55,207 nt of DNA from a virus (taxonomy: Duplodnaviria > Caudoviricetes): positions 1-55,207 of IMG/VR virus record IMGVR_UViG_3300006080_000002; one strand, 5' to 3'. Numbering within the stretch: position 1 is the first letter of the stretch; each line of letters starts with the position of its first letter. Below are positions 46,826-55,207 of the stretch, piece by piece. The translations under genes and the position numbers were made by a program. The notes beneath the pieces are model-generated. The model had not been told where the DNA came from. It worked only from the letters and a program-made list of their open reading frames with translations, and ran no database searches.

Positions 46826-47662
46826 ATGCAACTGAACTTCAACGCAGCTAACCACGAACCAAACAAGCCACTCGACCCAATCCCTTCGGATTGGTACGAT
46901 GCAATGATTGACGAAAGCGAAATGAAGCCAACCTCTGCGGGTAACGGCCAATATTTGCAACTTCGTTTCAACATCCTGTCCGGCCAGTTTTCGGGCCGCA
47001 AAGTGTTTACACGCCTGAACCTGATTAACCCGAATCAGACTGCTGTGAACATTGCTTACGGTGACCTGTCTGCGATCTGCCGTGCAATCGGCCGTATGCA
47101 AATCCAGGACTCTGCTGAGCTGCATGGCCAGCCGATGAAAATTAAAGTTAAGCTCGTTCCCGCTCGCGGCGATTACGATGCCTCTAACGAAATCAAAGGT
47201 TACGAAAATATCAACGCTCAGGTTGGTACAGGCACGCCTGCCGGTGGTATGGGCGCCAGTGGTATGGCTGCCCCTCAAGGCGGTATGGCTGCCCCTATGG
47301 CTGCCCCTATGGGTCAGCCTGCCGGTATGCAGGCCAATACGCAGCAGGCACCTACGCAGCAGGCACCTATGCAGCAGACTGCACCGCAGGGCGGTATGCA
47401 GGGCGGTATGCCGGGCGGTATGCAGGGCGGTATGCCGGGCGGTATGCCGGGCGGTATGCAGGCCAATACACAGGCGCCTATGCAGCAAACTGCGCCACAG
47501 GGTCAACCGACTGGTATGCAGCAAACTGCGCCTCAGCAGACTGCACCAGCACAGCAGCAGGCACCTCTGCAGCCTTGGCAGCAAGCCACAGCACAGCAGC
47601 AGGCACCAGCACAGCAAGACCCGGCTGCAAACACCGGAACCCCGTCTTGGGTTCAGCAATAA
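46826..47662 (+). CDS. ssDNA-binding protein (DUF669-like) with long Q/G/M/P-rich tail
   Basis: PIPSDWY, GRKVFTRLNL, NEIKGY; Sak4-SSB-exonuclease synteny. Confidence 0.8.
   Translation: MQLNFNAANHEPNKPLDPIPSDWYDAMIDESEMKPTSAGNGQYLQLRFNILSGQFSGRKVFTRLNLINPNQTAVNIAYGDLSAICRAIGRMQIQDSAELHGQPMKIKVKLVPARGDYDASNEIKGYENINAQVGTGTPAGGMGASGMAAPQGGMAAPMAAPMGQPAGMQANTQQAPTQQAPMQQTAPQGGMQGGMPGGMQGGMPGGMPGGMQANTQAPMQQTAPQGQPTGMQQTAPQQTAPAQQQAPLQPWQQATAQQQAPAQQDPAANTGTPSWVQQ
47390..47461. repeat. 12-bp tandem repeat x6 encoding GGM(Q/P)
   Basis: GGCGGTATGC(A/C)G six times. Confidence 0.9.
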
Positions 47663-47683
47663 CACGGGTTCCCAGCCCGTCCC

Positions 47684-47710
47684 AAAAAGCCCGGTTCGCC
47701 GGGCTTTTTT
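47684..47710 (+). terminator. Intrinsic (bidirectional) terminator
   Basis: AAAAAGCCCGG-TTCG-CCGGGCTTTTTT. Confidence 0.85.
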
Positions 47711-47725
47711 AACAAGGAATTCACT

Positions 47726-48628
47726 ATGCACTTAGCAACTAAAACGCTTGCTGCTATTGAGCAAGCAATCTATGCCGATCAAGGTGCCACTTACCGTCAG
47801 TGGCTTGGCCGGGTAATCCCGCATATCGGTGACGCCTACAGCGGTGACACATTCCCGTTCCGTTCCCACATGGGAGCAAGTCTTATCGGTGGATCATGCC
47901 AGCGAAAGGTTTGGTATGGTTTTCACTGGTCGGCAGTTCCAAAGCACAGCGGTCGCTTGTTGCGCTTGTTTAACCGTGGACACCTGGAAGAAGCGCGCTT
48001 CATTGCTATGCTTCTGACAATTGGCTGCGAAGTTTACCAGCAAGACGAACACGGAAAACAGTTCCGGATAAGCCATTGCGGCGGCCACTTTGGTGGAAGC
48101 GGTGACGGGATTGTGGTTAATATCCCGGATATGCCCGGCCAGCGTTTGCTTTGCGAGTTTAAAACCAGTGCCGAAAAGCCGTTCCTGAAGTTACAAAAAG
48201 AAGGTGTTAAACGCGCTAAGTTCGAGCACTACGTTCAAATGAACATTTATATGAAAAAGATGGGTTTTGCGGCAGCCCTATATATGTGCGTGAATAAAAA
48301 CAATGACGAATTGCACGCCGAAATTGTTCTTTTCGATGAACAGGTTGCCAATGCGCATCTGGATTTAGCGACGTATTTAGTTGGAAGCCGCATACCTGTG
48401 AAGCGCGTTAGTGAAAGCTCGTCCTGGTATGAATGCAAGAACTGTGAGAATGCTGCAACTTGCCACAGGGACGCTCCGCCAGCAGTTAACTGTCGAACCT
48501 GTAAATATGCCACACCTGCAGACGATGGAACTTGGTGTTGTGAAAATATGCTGTCCGAGTTAAAGGGTGTCGCCTTATCCAAAGAGCAACAGTTGGCGGC
48601 CTGTCCATCTTACACGCGGGGATTTTAA
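47726..48628 (+). CDS. Cas4-like PD-(D/E)XK exonuclease
   Basis: GASLIGGSCQRK, GSGDG, EFKT, YVQMNIY, CxxC clusters. Confidence 0.85.
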   Translation: MHLATKTLAAIEQAIYADQGATYRQWLGRVIPHIGDAYSGDTFPFRSHMGASLIGGSCQRKVWYGFHWSAVPKHSGRLLRLFNRGHLEEARFIAMLLTIGCEVYQQDEHGKQFRISHCGGHFGGSGDGIVVNIPDMPGQRLLCEFKTSAEKPFLKLQKEGVKRAKFEHYVQMNIYMKKMGFAAALYMCVNKNNDELHAEIVLFDEQVANAHLDLATYLVGSRIPVKRVSESSSWYECKNCENAATCHRDAPPAVNCRTCKYATPADDGTWCCENMLSELKGVALSKEQQLAACPSYTRGF

Positions 48629-48629
48629 A

Positions 48630-49226
48630 ATGAACCCATATGATATTCTTGGTGTTTCACCAGAAGCTACCGAAGAAGAAATTCGAAAAGCTTACAAGCG
48701 CAAAGCGCAGCAGTTGCATCCTGACAAAAATGATGCAGTTGATGCTCAGGAAATGTTCAACGAGCTGCAAAAAGCGTATGAAATGCTCGAAAGTGGCAGT
48801 TATGGTAAATACCAACCATTTTTGGATGACGGCATTGATGAAGAAATGATTAATGACGCGGTCACGACGGTCATGACGGAGCTGAGCGTTGCTATACGCG
48901 GAGGCCCAGAGCCATTGCGCCGGGTTGCAGCAAGCCTCCGCGAATCTATCCACGACTGTATGCAAGAAATTGAAAACGCAAAACGGGAAAAAGGTTTAAT
49001 AAAACTTCACATCTCCCGAATGCGCAATTGCGACTTAATTATTGAGCGGCTTGAATTGGTTATGCGGAGTTGTGATAGCACAGTCGAAAGCATGAAACGA
49101 AAGATTTTGCATCTCAAGCTTGCTATAAAAATTGCGGAACATGGTGAATATTTGCGGGAAGACTGGATCAACGGAAATCCCGCCAAGAAACGCGCAATTG
49201 TAAACATTGATTATCAGGGCGGATAA
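48630..49226 (+). CDS. DnaJ (J-domain) protein
   Basis: PYDILGV..EEIRKAYKR..LHPDKN. Confidence 0.9.
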   Translation: MNPYDILGVSPEATEEEIRKAYKRKAQQLHPDKNDAVDAQEMFNELQKAYEMLESGSYGKYQPFLDDGIDEEMINDAVTTVMTELSVAIRGGPEPLRRVAASLRESIHDCMQEIENAKREKGLIKLHISRMRNCDLIIERLELVMRSCDSTVESMKRKILHLKLAIKIAEHGEYLREDWINGNPAKKRAIVNIDYQGG

Positions 49227-51082
49227 TGAAGCTTCGCGATTACCAGTGGGCAGCCGTAAAAGCTATCTGGGATTATTTTTTAACCAACTCCGGAAACCCG
49301 TTGGTGGCATTGCCAACGGGTACGGGTAAATCCTTGGTGATTGCCGGGTTTGTGCGACTTGTCCAGGAGCAGTACCCGGCCACTAGAATTATGTGTTTAA
49401 CGCACGTCAAAGAGCTTGTTGAGCAAAACTGCAATAAGCTCATGGAATTTTGGCCAGAATCCGATCCGGGCATATACAGTGCCGCACTCAACAGAAGAGA
49501 TGTTTATAACCGAACAATATTTGCAGGCATTGCTTCCGTCGGTAAAAAGCCGGAAGCCTTTGGCCACATTGACCTCATCATTATTGACGAGGCGCACTTG
49601 CTTAGCCCGAACGAAAATACACTATATCAAAAATTTATTGCGGAGCTGAAGAAGTACAACCCACGTCTAAAAGTTATCGGGTTAACCGCAACGCCTTGGC
49701 GTATGGGTTTCGGTATGCTGACCGAAGAAGGCAGCTTGTTTACCGACGTCTGTTTCGATATGACGGGTGTTGAGTCATTCAACTGGTTTGTTTGCGAGGG
49801 TTACTTAATTCCGCTAACACCTCGACCAACAAATATCCAACTTGATGTTGAAGGCGTACATACACGGGGCGGTGAGTTTATACCCAAGGAATTGCAGCTT
49901 GCTGTTGACCGTGACGATATTACCGAGGCGGCCTTACACGAAGCCCTGGAAGTTGCCTCCGAACGCCATTGCTGGATGATTTTTTGTGCTGGTGTAGAGC
50001 ACGCGGAAAACACTGCCGCAATCGCCAATATGCTCGGAATACCGTGTGGCTGTGTCCACGGCAAAATGAGCCCAGCCGAGCGCGATAGCGAAATTGCCAA
50101 GTTTAAGGCCGGGCAATACCGGGCAATCACAAACAATAATATTCTTACAACAGGCTTCGACCACCCAGCAATCGACCTCATTGTTATGCTTCGCCCTACG
50201 CAAAGCGCTGGTTTGTGGGTGCAGATGCTTGGCCGTGGAACTCGCCCTGTGTATATTGCCGGGTTTGACCTCGGAACAACGGAAGGCCGCTTGGCGGCAA
50301 TTTCCGCAAGCCATAAGCAGGACTGCATGGTTCTGGATTACGCCGGTAATACCATGAGACTTGGCCCAATTAACGACCCAAGGGTTCCACGCAAGAAAGG
50401 TAAGAAAACCGGGCCACCACCTGTGAAGCTTTGTGAGCGGTGCGATACCTACAATCACGCGAGCGCAAGGTTCTGCATTAACCCGGCCTGCCAAGCGGAA
50501 TTCGTTTTTGAAACAAAGATCACCGCAATTGCAAGCGATGAAAACCTTGTGAAGCAGGATCTGCCAATTGTTGAAGTGTTCAAGGTTGACCACATTACAT
50601 ACTACGAACACACCAAGAAAGGCGCCCCAAACATGATACGGGTGACGTACTATTCTGGTATTCGCAAGTTCGACGAATACGTGTGCCTGGAACACACGGG
50701 TTACGCACTCAAACGGGCTAGGGATTGGTGGCGGGCGCGTTCTGATTTACCTGTGCCAGAGCAGACAGCTGACGCCTTGGCTGTGGTTACAAAGCTCAAG
50801 ACGGCCACCCATTTAAGGGTTTGGACTAACAAGAAGCACCCGCAAATTCTTGCTTATGACTTTGAGAATAGCGCCTTTGGTACTTTGGAGGCTGACCCGT
50901 TCGAGCGCCCAACGGTTGAGAACGCCAGCCCTTATGATATGAAGATTGCGCCAAAGCCTGAACCGCACAAAAGCCTTACAACTGAAAAGTTCGTTTGGAA
51001 AGCGGCCGAAGGTGTGCAACACGCGCAAGTTCAATGGAATGCACCGCAGTTCCCTGACGTTGAGGACGATATACCGTTCTAA
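49226..51082 (+). CDS. SF2 DNA helicase (RadD/YejH-like)
   Basis: LRDYQ, PTGTGKS, DEAH, TAT, QMLGRGTR, zinc finger. Confidence 0.93.
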   Translation: MKLRDYQWAAVKAIWDYFLTNSGNPLVALPTGTGKSLVIAGFVRLVQEQYPATRIMCLTHVKELVEQNCNKLMEFWPESDPGIYSAALNRRDVYNRTIFAGIASVGKKPEAFGHIDLIIIDEAHLLSPNENTLYQKFIAELKKYNPRLKVIGLTATPWRMGFGMLTEEGSLFTDVCFDMTGVESFNWFVCEGYLIPLTPRPTNIQLDVEGVHTRGGEFIPKELQLAVDRDDITEAALHEALEVASERHCWMIFCAGVEHAENTAAIANMLGIPCGCVHGKMSPAERDSEIAKFKAGQYRAITNNNILTTGFDHPAIDLIVMLRPTQSAGLWVQMLGRGTRPVYIAGFDLGTTEGRLAAISASHKQDCMVLDYAGNTMRLGPINDPRVPRKKGKKTGPPPVKLCERCDTYNHASARFCINPACQAEFVFETKITAIASDENLVKQDLPIVEVFKVDHITYYEHTKKGAPNMIRVTYYSGIRKFDEYVCLEHTGYALKRARDWWRARSDLPVPEQTADALAVVTKLKTATHLRVWTNKKHPQILAYDFENSAFGTLEADPFERPTVENASPYDMKIAPKPEPHKSLTTEKFVWKAAEGVQHAQVQWNAPQFPDVEDDIPF

Positions 51083-51125
51083 TCCTTTCGAACAAAAACT
51101 TTGGATAATATTTGCTCGAAAGGTG

Positions 51126-51153
51126 TTGCACTTTGAAAACGTCTGCGTATAAT
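51126..51153 (+). promoter_or_regulatory. Sigma70-type promoter
   Basis: TTGCAC-16 nt-TATAAT. Confidence 0.7.
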
Positions 51154-51209
51154 TGTTTTCATGGTTAGGCAATACCGCCAACAAACAAATAACGAACGGG
51201 GTAACAAAC

Positions 51210-51863
51210 ATGAAAACTTACACTCAGAAGTCTAATGCACGTCGCGCAGCAATCACCGCTCTGGTACGCGATCGCGGTTTAACCAAGGCTGAAGCCCAGG
51301 AAAAAGCAAACGAACTGTTCACCATCCGCACTGCGGACAACGGAGAGTTCTACCCGCACTTCCACAACGTGCGCGACGAAGCCGAAGCCAAAGCCGCAGC
51401 GGAAGCTAAAGCGGAAGCTAAAGCGGCAGCTGAAGCCCCGGTTGTAGGTGAGTTCACCTATTGCCCGCACTGCGAAATCCACCTGAGCAACGGCTATCAA
51501 ACCGACAGTGATCTGCGGAATGGTATGAATGGCCTGAAAGGTTGTGAAAAATATGAATACCTGTGCCTTGCGTGCGCCGAAGAATTTGGCCCGGAAATTA
51601 TCCGCACGCAAAAGGCTGTTAGCTCGGCTCCAACTGGCACAGGTGTTAAAATTGAAAAAGACCGCCCTGAGCAAAATGGTATCAAGCGCCCATCCCGTGG
51701 CGGCAAGTGTGCCCAAGTGTGGGATATTTGTGACGCCTTCTTTGCGGAACACCTTGCTTCGCCAAAGCCAAAGTACATGAAGGAAGCCGCCAAAGCGCGG
51801 GGCTTGAACGAAAATAACGCGGTTATCGAAATGTACCAATGGCGCAAGTTCATGGGCTTATAA
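51210..51863 (+). CDS. Hypothetical protein with zinc ribbon and PEQNG domain
   Basis: CPHC...CLAC; C-terminal domain paralogous to 52629-53372. Confidence 0.75.
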   Translation: MKTYTQKSNARRAAITALVRDRGLTKAEAQEKANELFTIRTADNGEFYPHFHNVRDEAEAKAAAEAKAEAKAAAEAPVVGEFTYCPHCEIHLSNGYQTDSDLRNGMNGLKGCEKYEYLCLACAEEFGPEIIRTQKAVSSAPTGTGVKIEKDRPEQNGIKRPSRGGKCAQVWDICDAFFAEHLASPKPKYMKEAAKARGLNENNAVIEMYQWRKFMGL

Positions 51864-51923
51864 GCCAAGCCGGGGCAGAAATGCCCCTACTTTCAAACAC
51901 TTAGCAGTTATCGGAGTCACCCC

Positions 51924-52538
51924 ATGTATGTTTTAATCAGTTTAGATGACCACACAGTTATCTATCGACATAGCGACCTTAATACAGTTCTGTCCCTTGC
52001 CCATATTGAATGTCCGGACATTGGCTTCAGCTGTTTTAGCGACGATGATGTTAGACATTATCTCGGCTTCGGCATCCTGGCACTCCGCCAGTTATACAAA
52101 AACATCTCCGGCCAGGAACCCGCGTCAAATCTGCCTTCGCGCTTACTGGCCCCGCAGATCCGCGATATGATACAGTGGATTCCTGAAAGCGATGTACGTG
52201 TTTGGGAGGTTGAACAGCAGGCCCGCAAGGCCGACGGCGTTATTCGTCACCGTTACGTTAAAGGCGCTTACACGCCAACAGTAATCACCGAAATGTTTGA
52301 CAGCGGTGAACACCCGTTGCCATCGCTTAGCCTTACCCCGGAACAAGCCAAACAGGCCATTGCCGGTGTGCCTGTACCGCAGCCTGTGCAGCGCCAAGCG
52401 CCGCAGGCCGGGCAGTATGTGCAAGTGGTTGGCCGCGCCCAGCAGCAACCACAGCCGCAACCACAGGCGGCACAGGCACCGCAACCGGCGCAACAACAGG
52501 GCACAGTGCCAAGCTGGCTCGCAGGGTGGAAAAAATAA
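51924..52538 (+). CDS. Hypothetical protein with Q/P-rich tail
   Basis: GGAG RBS; 204 aa. Confidence 0.7.
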   Translation: MYVLISLDDHTVIYRHSDLNTVLSLAHIECPDIGFSCFSDDDVRHYLGFGILALRQLYKNISGQEPASNLPSRLLAPQIRDMIQWIPESDVRVWEVEQQARKADGVIRHRYVKGAYTPTVITEMFDSGEHPLPSLSLTPEQAKQAIAGVPVPQPVQRQAPQAGQYVQVVGRAQQQPQPQPQAAQAPQPAQQQGTVPSWLAGWKK

Positions 52539-52551
52539 TTGCGAAAGGGTG

Positions 52552-52580
52552 TTGCAAAGTCTTGGGACACCCCCTACTAT
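52552..52580 (+). promoter_or_regulatory. Sigma70-type promoter
   Basis: TTGCAA-17 nt-TACTAT. Confidence 0.65.
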
Positions 52581-52628
52581 ACAACTCACGGCACCAACGC
52601 CTTTAAATTAGCAAAACAGGATAAGACC

Positions 52629-53372
52629 ATGACAAACACTATCGAACAACTGGATCACAATGTTGCGAACGCTGAAATCGCACTGGAAACTGCAAAAGAA
52701 AATCTGGCAGCCCACGAAAAGGCTGACCCGCAGGACGTTGCGGCTGTTGAGCACTTCAAAGCTGAAGTTAAAGCCAACGAAGTGGCATTAAAAACTGCCC
52801 GTGCCGAACTGACCAAGGCAACCAAAGCCGCACAGCGCGAAGCTGAAAAGGTTGCCAAGGCTGAAGCACGCGAAGCTGCTAAAGCTGCTAAAAAAGCCGA
52901 AGCTGAAGCTAAGAAAGCCGCCAAGGAAGCCGAAAAGGCTGAAAAGGCAGCCGCTAAGGCCGCAGCCAAAGAAGCAAACAAAATGCCTGAACAAAACGGT
53001 GTACGCCGTCCGAAGCCTGGAACCAAATGTGGTCAGGTTTGGGAACTGGCTGACGCTATGTCCGCTGAACAGGGTAGCCCGGTAGCAATCACCGATCTGC
53101 TGGAACACCCACAAGCCCTGGAAATGAACGCAAATAACGTTCGTTGTGAATATGCAGCATGGAAAAAGTTCTACGGTATTACAGGCCGCATTGAGTCCCC
53201 AAAAGCTGCTGAAGCCCGCGCTGCAAAGGAAGCTGAAAAAGCTGCTGCTGCACAAGCAAAAGCTGAAGCCAAAGCGGCTGAAAAGGCTGCCAAGGCTGCT
53301 GAAAAAGAAGCCGCCAAAGAAGCCAAGGCTGCTGAAAAGGCTGCTAAAGAAGCTGAAGCCGCTGCTCAATAA
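52629..53372 (+). CDS. Ala/Lys/Glu-rich protein with central PEQNG domain
   Basis: AGGA RBS; AKE low-complexity arms flank the conserved domain. Confidence 0.75.
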   Translation: MTNTIEQLDHNVANAEIALETAKENLAAHEKADPQDVAAVEHFKAEVKANEVALKTARAELTKATKAAQREAEKVAKAEAREAAKAAKKAEAEAKKAAKEAEKAEKAAAKAAAKEANKMPEQNGVRRPKPGTKCGQVWELADAMSAEQGSPVAITDLLEHPQALEMNANNVRCEYAAWKKFYGITGRIESPKAAEARAAKEAEKAAAAQAKAEAKAAEKAAKAAEKEAAKEAKAAEKAAKEAEAAAQ

Positions 53373-53391
53373 GTAACACCCCCGCGTTATC

Positions 53392-53420
53392 TTGCAACGC
53401 CTGCGCCCCTAGTGCATACT
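53392..53420 (+). promoter_or_regulatory. Promoter of the deazaguanine operon
   Basis: TTGCAA-17 nt-CATACT; shares TTGCAACGCCTGC with the 38300 promoter. Confidence 0.6.
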
Positions 53421-53473
53421 GCCGGGGGCGTGCCAAAACGCCCCGCAACTACCTATGAAACCCCGGAGCTATC

Positions 53474-54169
53474 ATGTCCAATACTCAACCACCCGAAAAG
53501 TTCGTCCCTAGCGACGGCACCAAACTCGACGTCCATTCCACTTTTAATACAATCCAAGGCGAAGGCCCGTTTTCAGGCTACCGCGCATTCTTTATCCGGC
53601 TGGCTGGTTGTAACCTGCAATGCCCCGGCTGCGATACCGAGTACACCCAAGGGCGTGCTAAGGTTGAAATTTCAAGCATTGTTGAGCGGGCGCGCATGAG
53701 CCCGGCTGGCCTTGTGGTTATTACTGGCGGCGAACCTTTCCGCCAAAATATCGCGCCGCTTGTTAAAGCACTGATCGCTGCCGGCAAATTGGTACAGATT
53801 GAAACCAACGGCACGCTCCCGCAATCCCCAGAACTGCCAAATGTTGGTTGTTATGTTGTCTGTAGTCCGAAAACGCCAAGCATTAACCAGCGACTGGCAA
53901 GCCGGGCAAATGCTTTCAAGTATGTTGTTGACGCTGATAATTACGATGAGCGTGACGGTTTACCTACAATCGTTCTGGGCAACCAATGCCGGGATGGTGC
54001 GGTAGTTGCCCGGCCACCAGTTGGCGCAAAAATCCCAGTCTTTATTCAGCCAGCTGATGTAAAAGACGCTGAACAGAACCTGCGGAATAACGCAACTGCG
54101 GTTCGCTCCTGTTTGGAAACGAACCGAATTCTGCAACTTCAAATTCACAAGCTTATTGGAGTAGAATAA
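53474..54169 (+). CDS. queE: 7-carboxy-7-deazaguanine synthase (radical SAM)
   Basis: TIQGEG, FIRLAGCNLQCPGCDT, ITGGEP, IETNGT, QIHKLIG. Confidence 0.96.
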   Translation: MSNTQPPEKFVPSDGTKLDVHSTFNTIQGEGPFSGYRAFFIRLAGCNLQCPGCDTEYTQGRAKVEISSIVERARMSPAGLVVITGGEPFRQNIAPLVKALIAAGKLVQIETNGTLPQSPELPNVGCYVVCSPKTPSINQRLASRANAFKYVVDADNYDERDGLPTIVLGNQCRDGAVVARPPVGAKIPVFIQPADVKDAEQNLRNNATAVRSCLETNRILQLQIHKLIGVE

Positions 54170-55207
54170 ATGTGTGCAATCTTTGGATTTCTAAGCGCTG
54201 GGGCTGACCCAGCTTTATCGCGGTTAGCAAACGCCTCAATATCGCTAATTAACCGTGCATCCTGTGAGCGCGGCAGGGACGGTACTGGCTATATTGTCAA
54301 CGGCCATGCCGAGCGCCGTGGACTTTATTTACCATTGTCCGAAGCGAACAATATTATTGGCAATTCCCGTGCGATGCCAACGACAGAATATTACCACACC
54401 AAGCCAAGCGATTTGGATCAGCAACCATACCGGGTTGGCCCGTGGGCTATTGTTCACAATGGAACGATAGCAAACGACGCTGAACTTCGTACTAACTCTC
54501 ATGCCAGCAAAATCGACAGCGCGGCAATTGCCGAAGTATTAGCCAAGGTTTCACACGAAAACCAGTCGAGAACGTTAGCTGAGCAGTTCGAAATGGCAAT
54601 CCGACAGCTTCGTGGTAGCTTCGCTATCCTGGCTGTGCATCGTGACCACCCGAACTTTATTTTTTATGCTTGCAATTATAAACCTATCTGGTACGCCAAA
54701 GACAGTGAGGGCAATGTTCACATTGCAAGCACCAGAAAAATGCTTCGTCACCTTCAGTACGCGGATATGATTGAGCCATACACGTTAGGCTATTTTATCT
54801 CCGGCGTTGGTGGGCCGGTTTTCATTGGCCCACTCCGTGCTGAGCCGAATCGCCGGGCGTTGGTTGTTGCCAGCGGTGGCCTGGACAGCACCGTGGCTGC
54901 AAAAATGTTGCAGTCGCAAGGTTATGAGGTTGAACTTGTCCATTTTGCCTATAACTGCCATGCAGAGCAAAAGGAGCTTAAAGCTGTTGCGGATATTGCA
55001 AAAAGCCTTAACGTGAAAGTCCGCGTATTGGATATGAGCATCTACGGCAATACGGATTCAGCATTGCTCGACGATCGTGGTATCGCTGACGGTGTTGCCG
55101 GTGCAGAATATGCCCATGAATGGGTGCCAGCACGCAATCTTAACCTTCTGGCGCGGGCTGTTGCTATTGCAGAAGCTGAAAACTTTAGTGTTATCGCGCT
55201 CGGCAAT
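54170..55207 (+). CDS. gat-queC: Glutamine amidotransferase-QueC fusion (5' part; about 452 aa after joining 1-420)
   Basis: N-terminal MCAIFG (Ntn Cys), ERGRDG, VHNGTI, IDS; then SGGLDS PP-loop; missing from the ORF track because it runs off the end. Confidence 0.92.
   Translation, partial: MCAIFGFLSAGADPALSRLANASISLINRASCERGRDGTGYIVNGHAERRGLYLPLSEANNIIGNSRAMPTTEYYHTKPSDLDQQPYRVGPWAIVHNGTIANDAELRTNSHASKIDSAAIAEVLAKVSHENQSRTLAEQFEMAIRQLRGSFAILAVHRDHPNFIFYACNYKPIWYAKDSEGNVHIASTRKMLRHLQYADMIEPYTLGYFISGVGGPVFIGPLRAEPNRRALVVASGGLDSTVAAKMLQSQGYEVELVHFAYNCHAEQKELKAVADIAKSLNVKVRVLDMSIYGNTDSALLDDRGIADGVAGAEYAHEWVPARNLNLLARAVAIAEAENFSVIALGN

Noticed and set aside
47330-47620. Tandem repeats as a mini CRISPR array
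   Set aside because: Units are 12-15 bp, in frame, lack spacers and encode low-complexity protein
46811-47731. Long antisense ORFs (also 2604-3407, 23203-23940, 41945-42637, 49934-50695, 52788-53369)
   Set aside because: They lie opposite well-supported genes, show no motifs, and are explained by codon bias or low complexity
47726-48628. CRISPR-Cas system suggested by a Cas4-like gene
   Set aside because: No repeat-spacer array or other cas genes; the Sak4-SSB-exonuclease context indicates recombination
55109-55207. 99-bp direct terminal repeat as a biological DTR
   Set aside because: It falls mid-gene in gat-queC and its length matches a typical assembler k-mer overlap

Overview
Essentially complete genome of a lytic, long-tailed (siphovirus-type) dsDNA phage of a Gram-negative host (it encodes spanins). 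It is circularly assembled: bases 55109-55207 duplicate 1-99, so the unit length is about 55,108 bp. Gene content resembles the 7-deazaguanine-modifying Queuovirinae-type phages. The + strand arm (38885 to the end, wrapping to 5723) carries replication genes: primase-helicase, an RNase H/ClpX-like fusion, ligase, Sak4, SSB, a Cas4-like nuclease, a J-domain protein, an SF2 helicase, a beta-clamp homologue and PolB. It also carries a full queE/gat-queC/queD/folE/dpdA cluster that predicts archaeosine (dG+) in the DNA. The - strand arm (38239 to 5828) carries small early/accessory genes, terS-lysis-terL, and head, tail and multiple fibre genes. The two arms diverge from an AT-rich, repeat-laden non-coding region (about 38340-38880). 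I found no integrase, tRNA or CRISPR array. Most notable unexplained signals: (1) long GA/TC-free islands at regulatory DNA plus systematic TTGC instead of TTGA -35 boxes, possibly avoiding the phage's own G modification; (2) a promoter- and terminator-bounded ~170-nt candidate sRNA with anti-Shine-Dalgarno segments; (3) an RNase H-ClpX-like fusion with an internal start; (4) a tail fibre with 8 tandem foldon-like repeats; (5) short docking motifs and Q/P-rich disordered tails shared across replication proteins. All calls come from reading motifs by eye; no searches were run.
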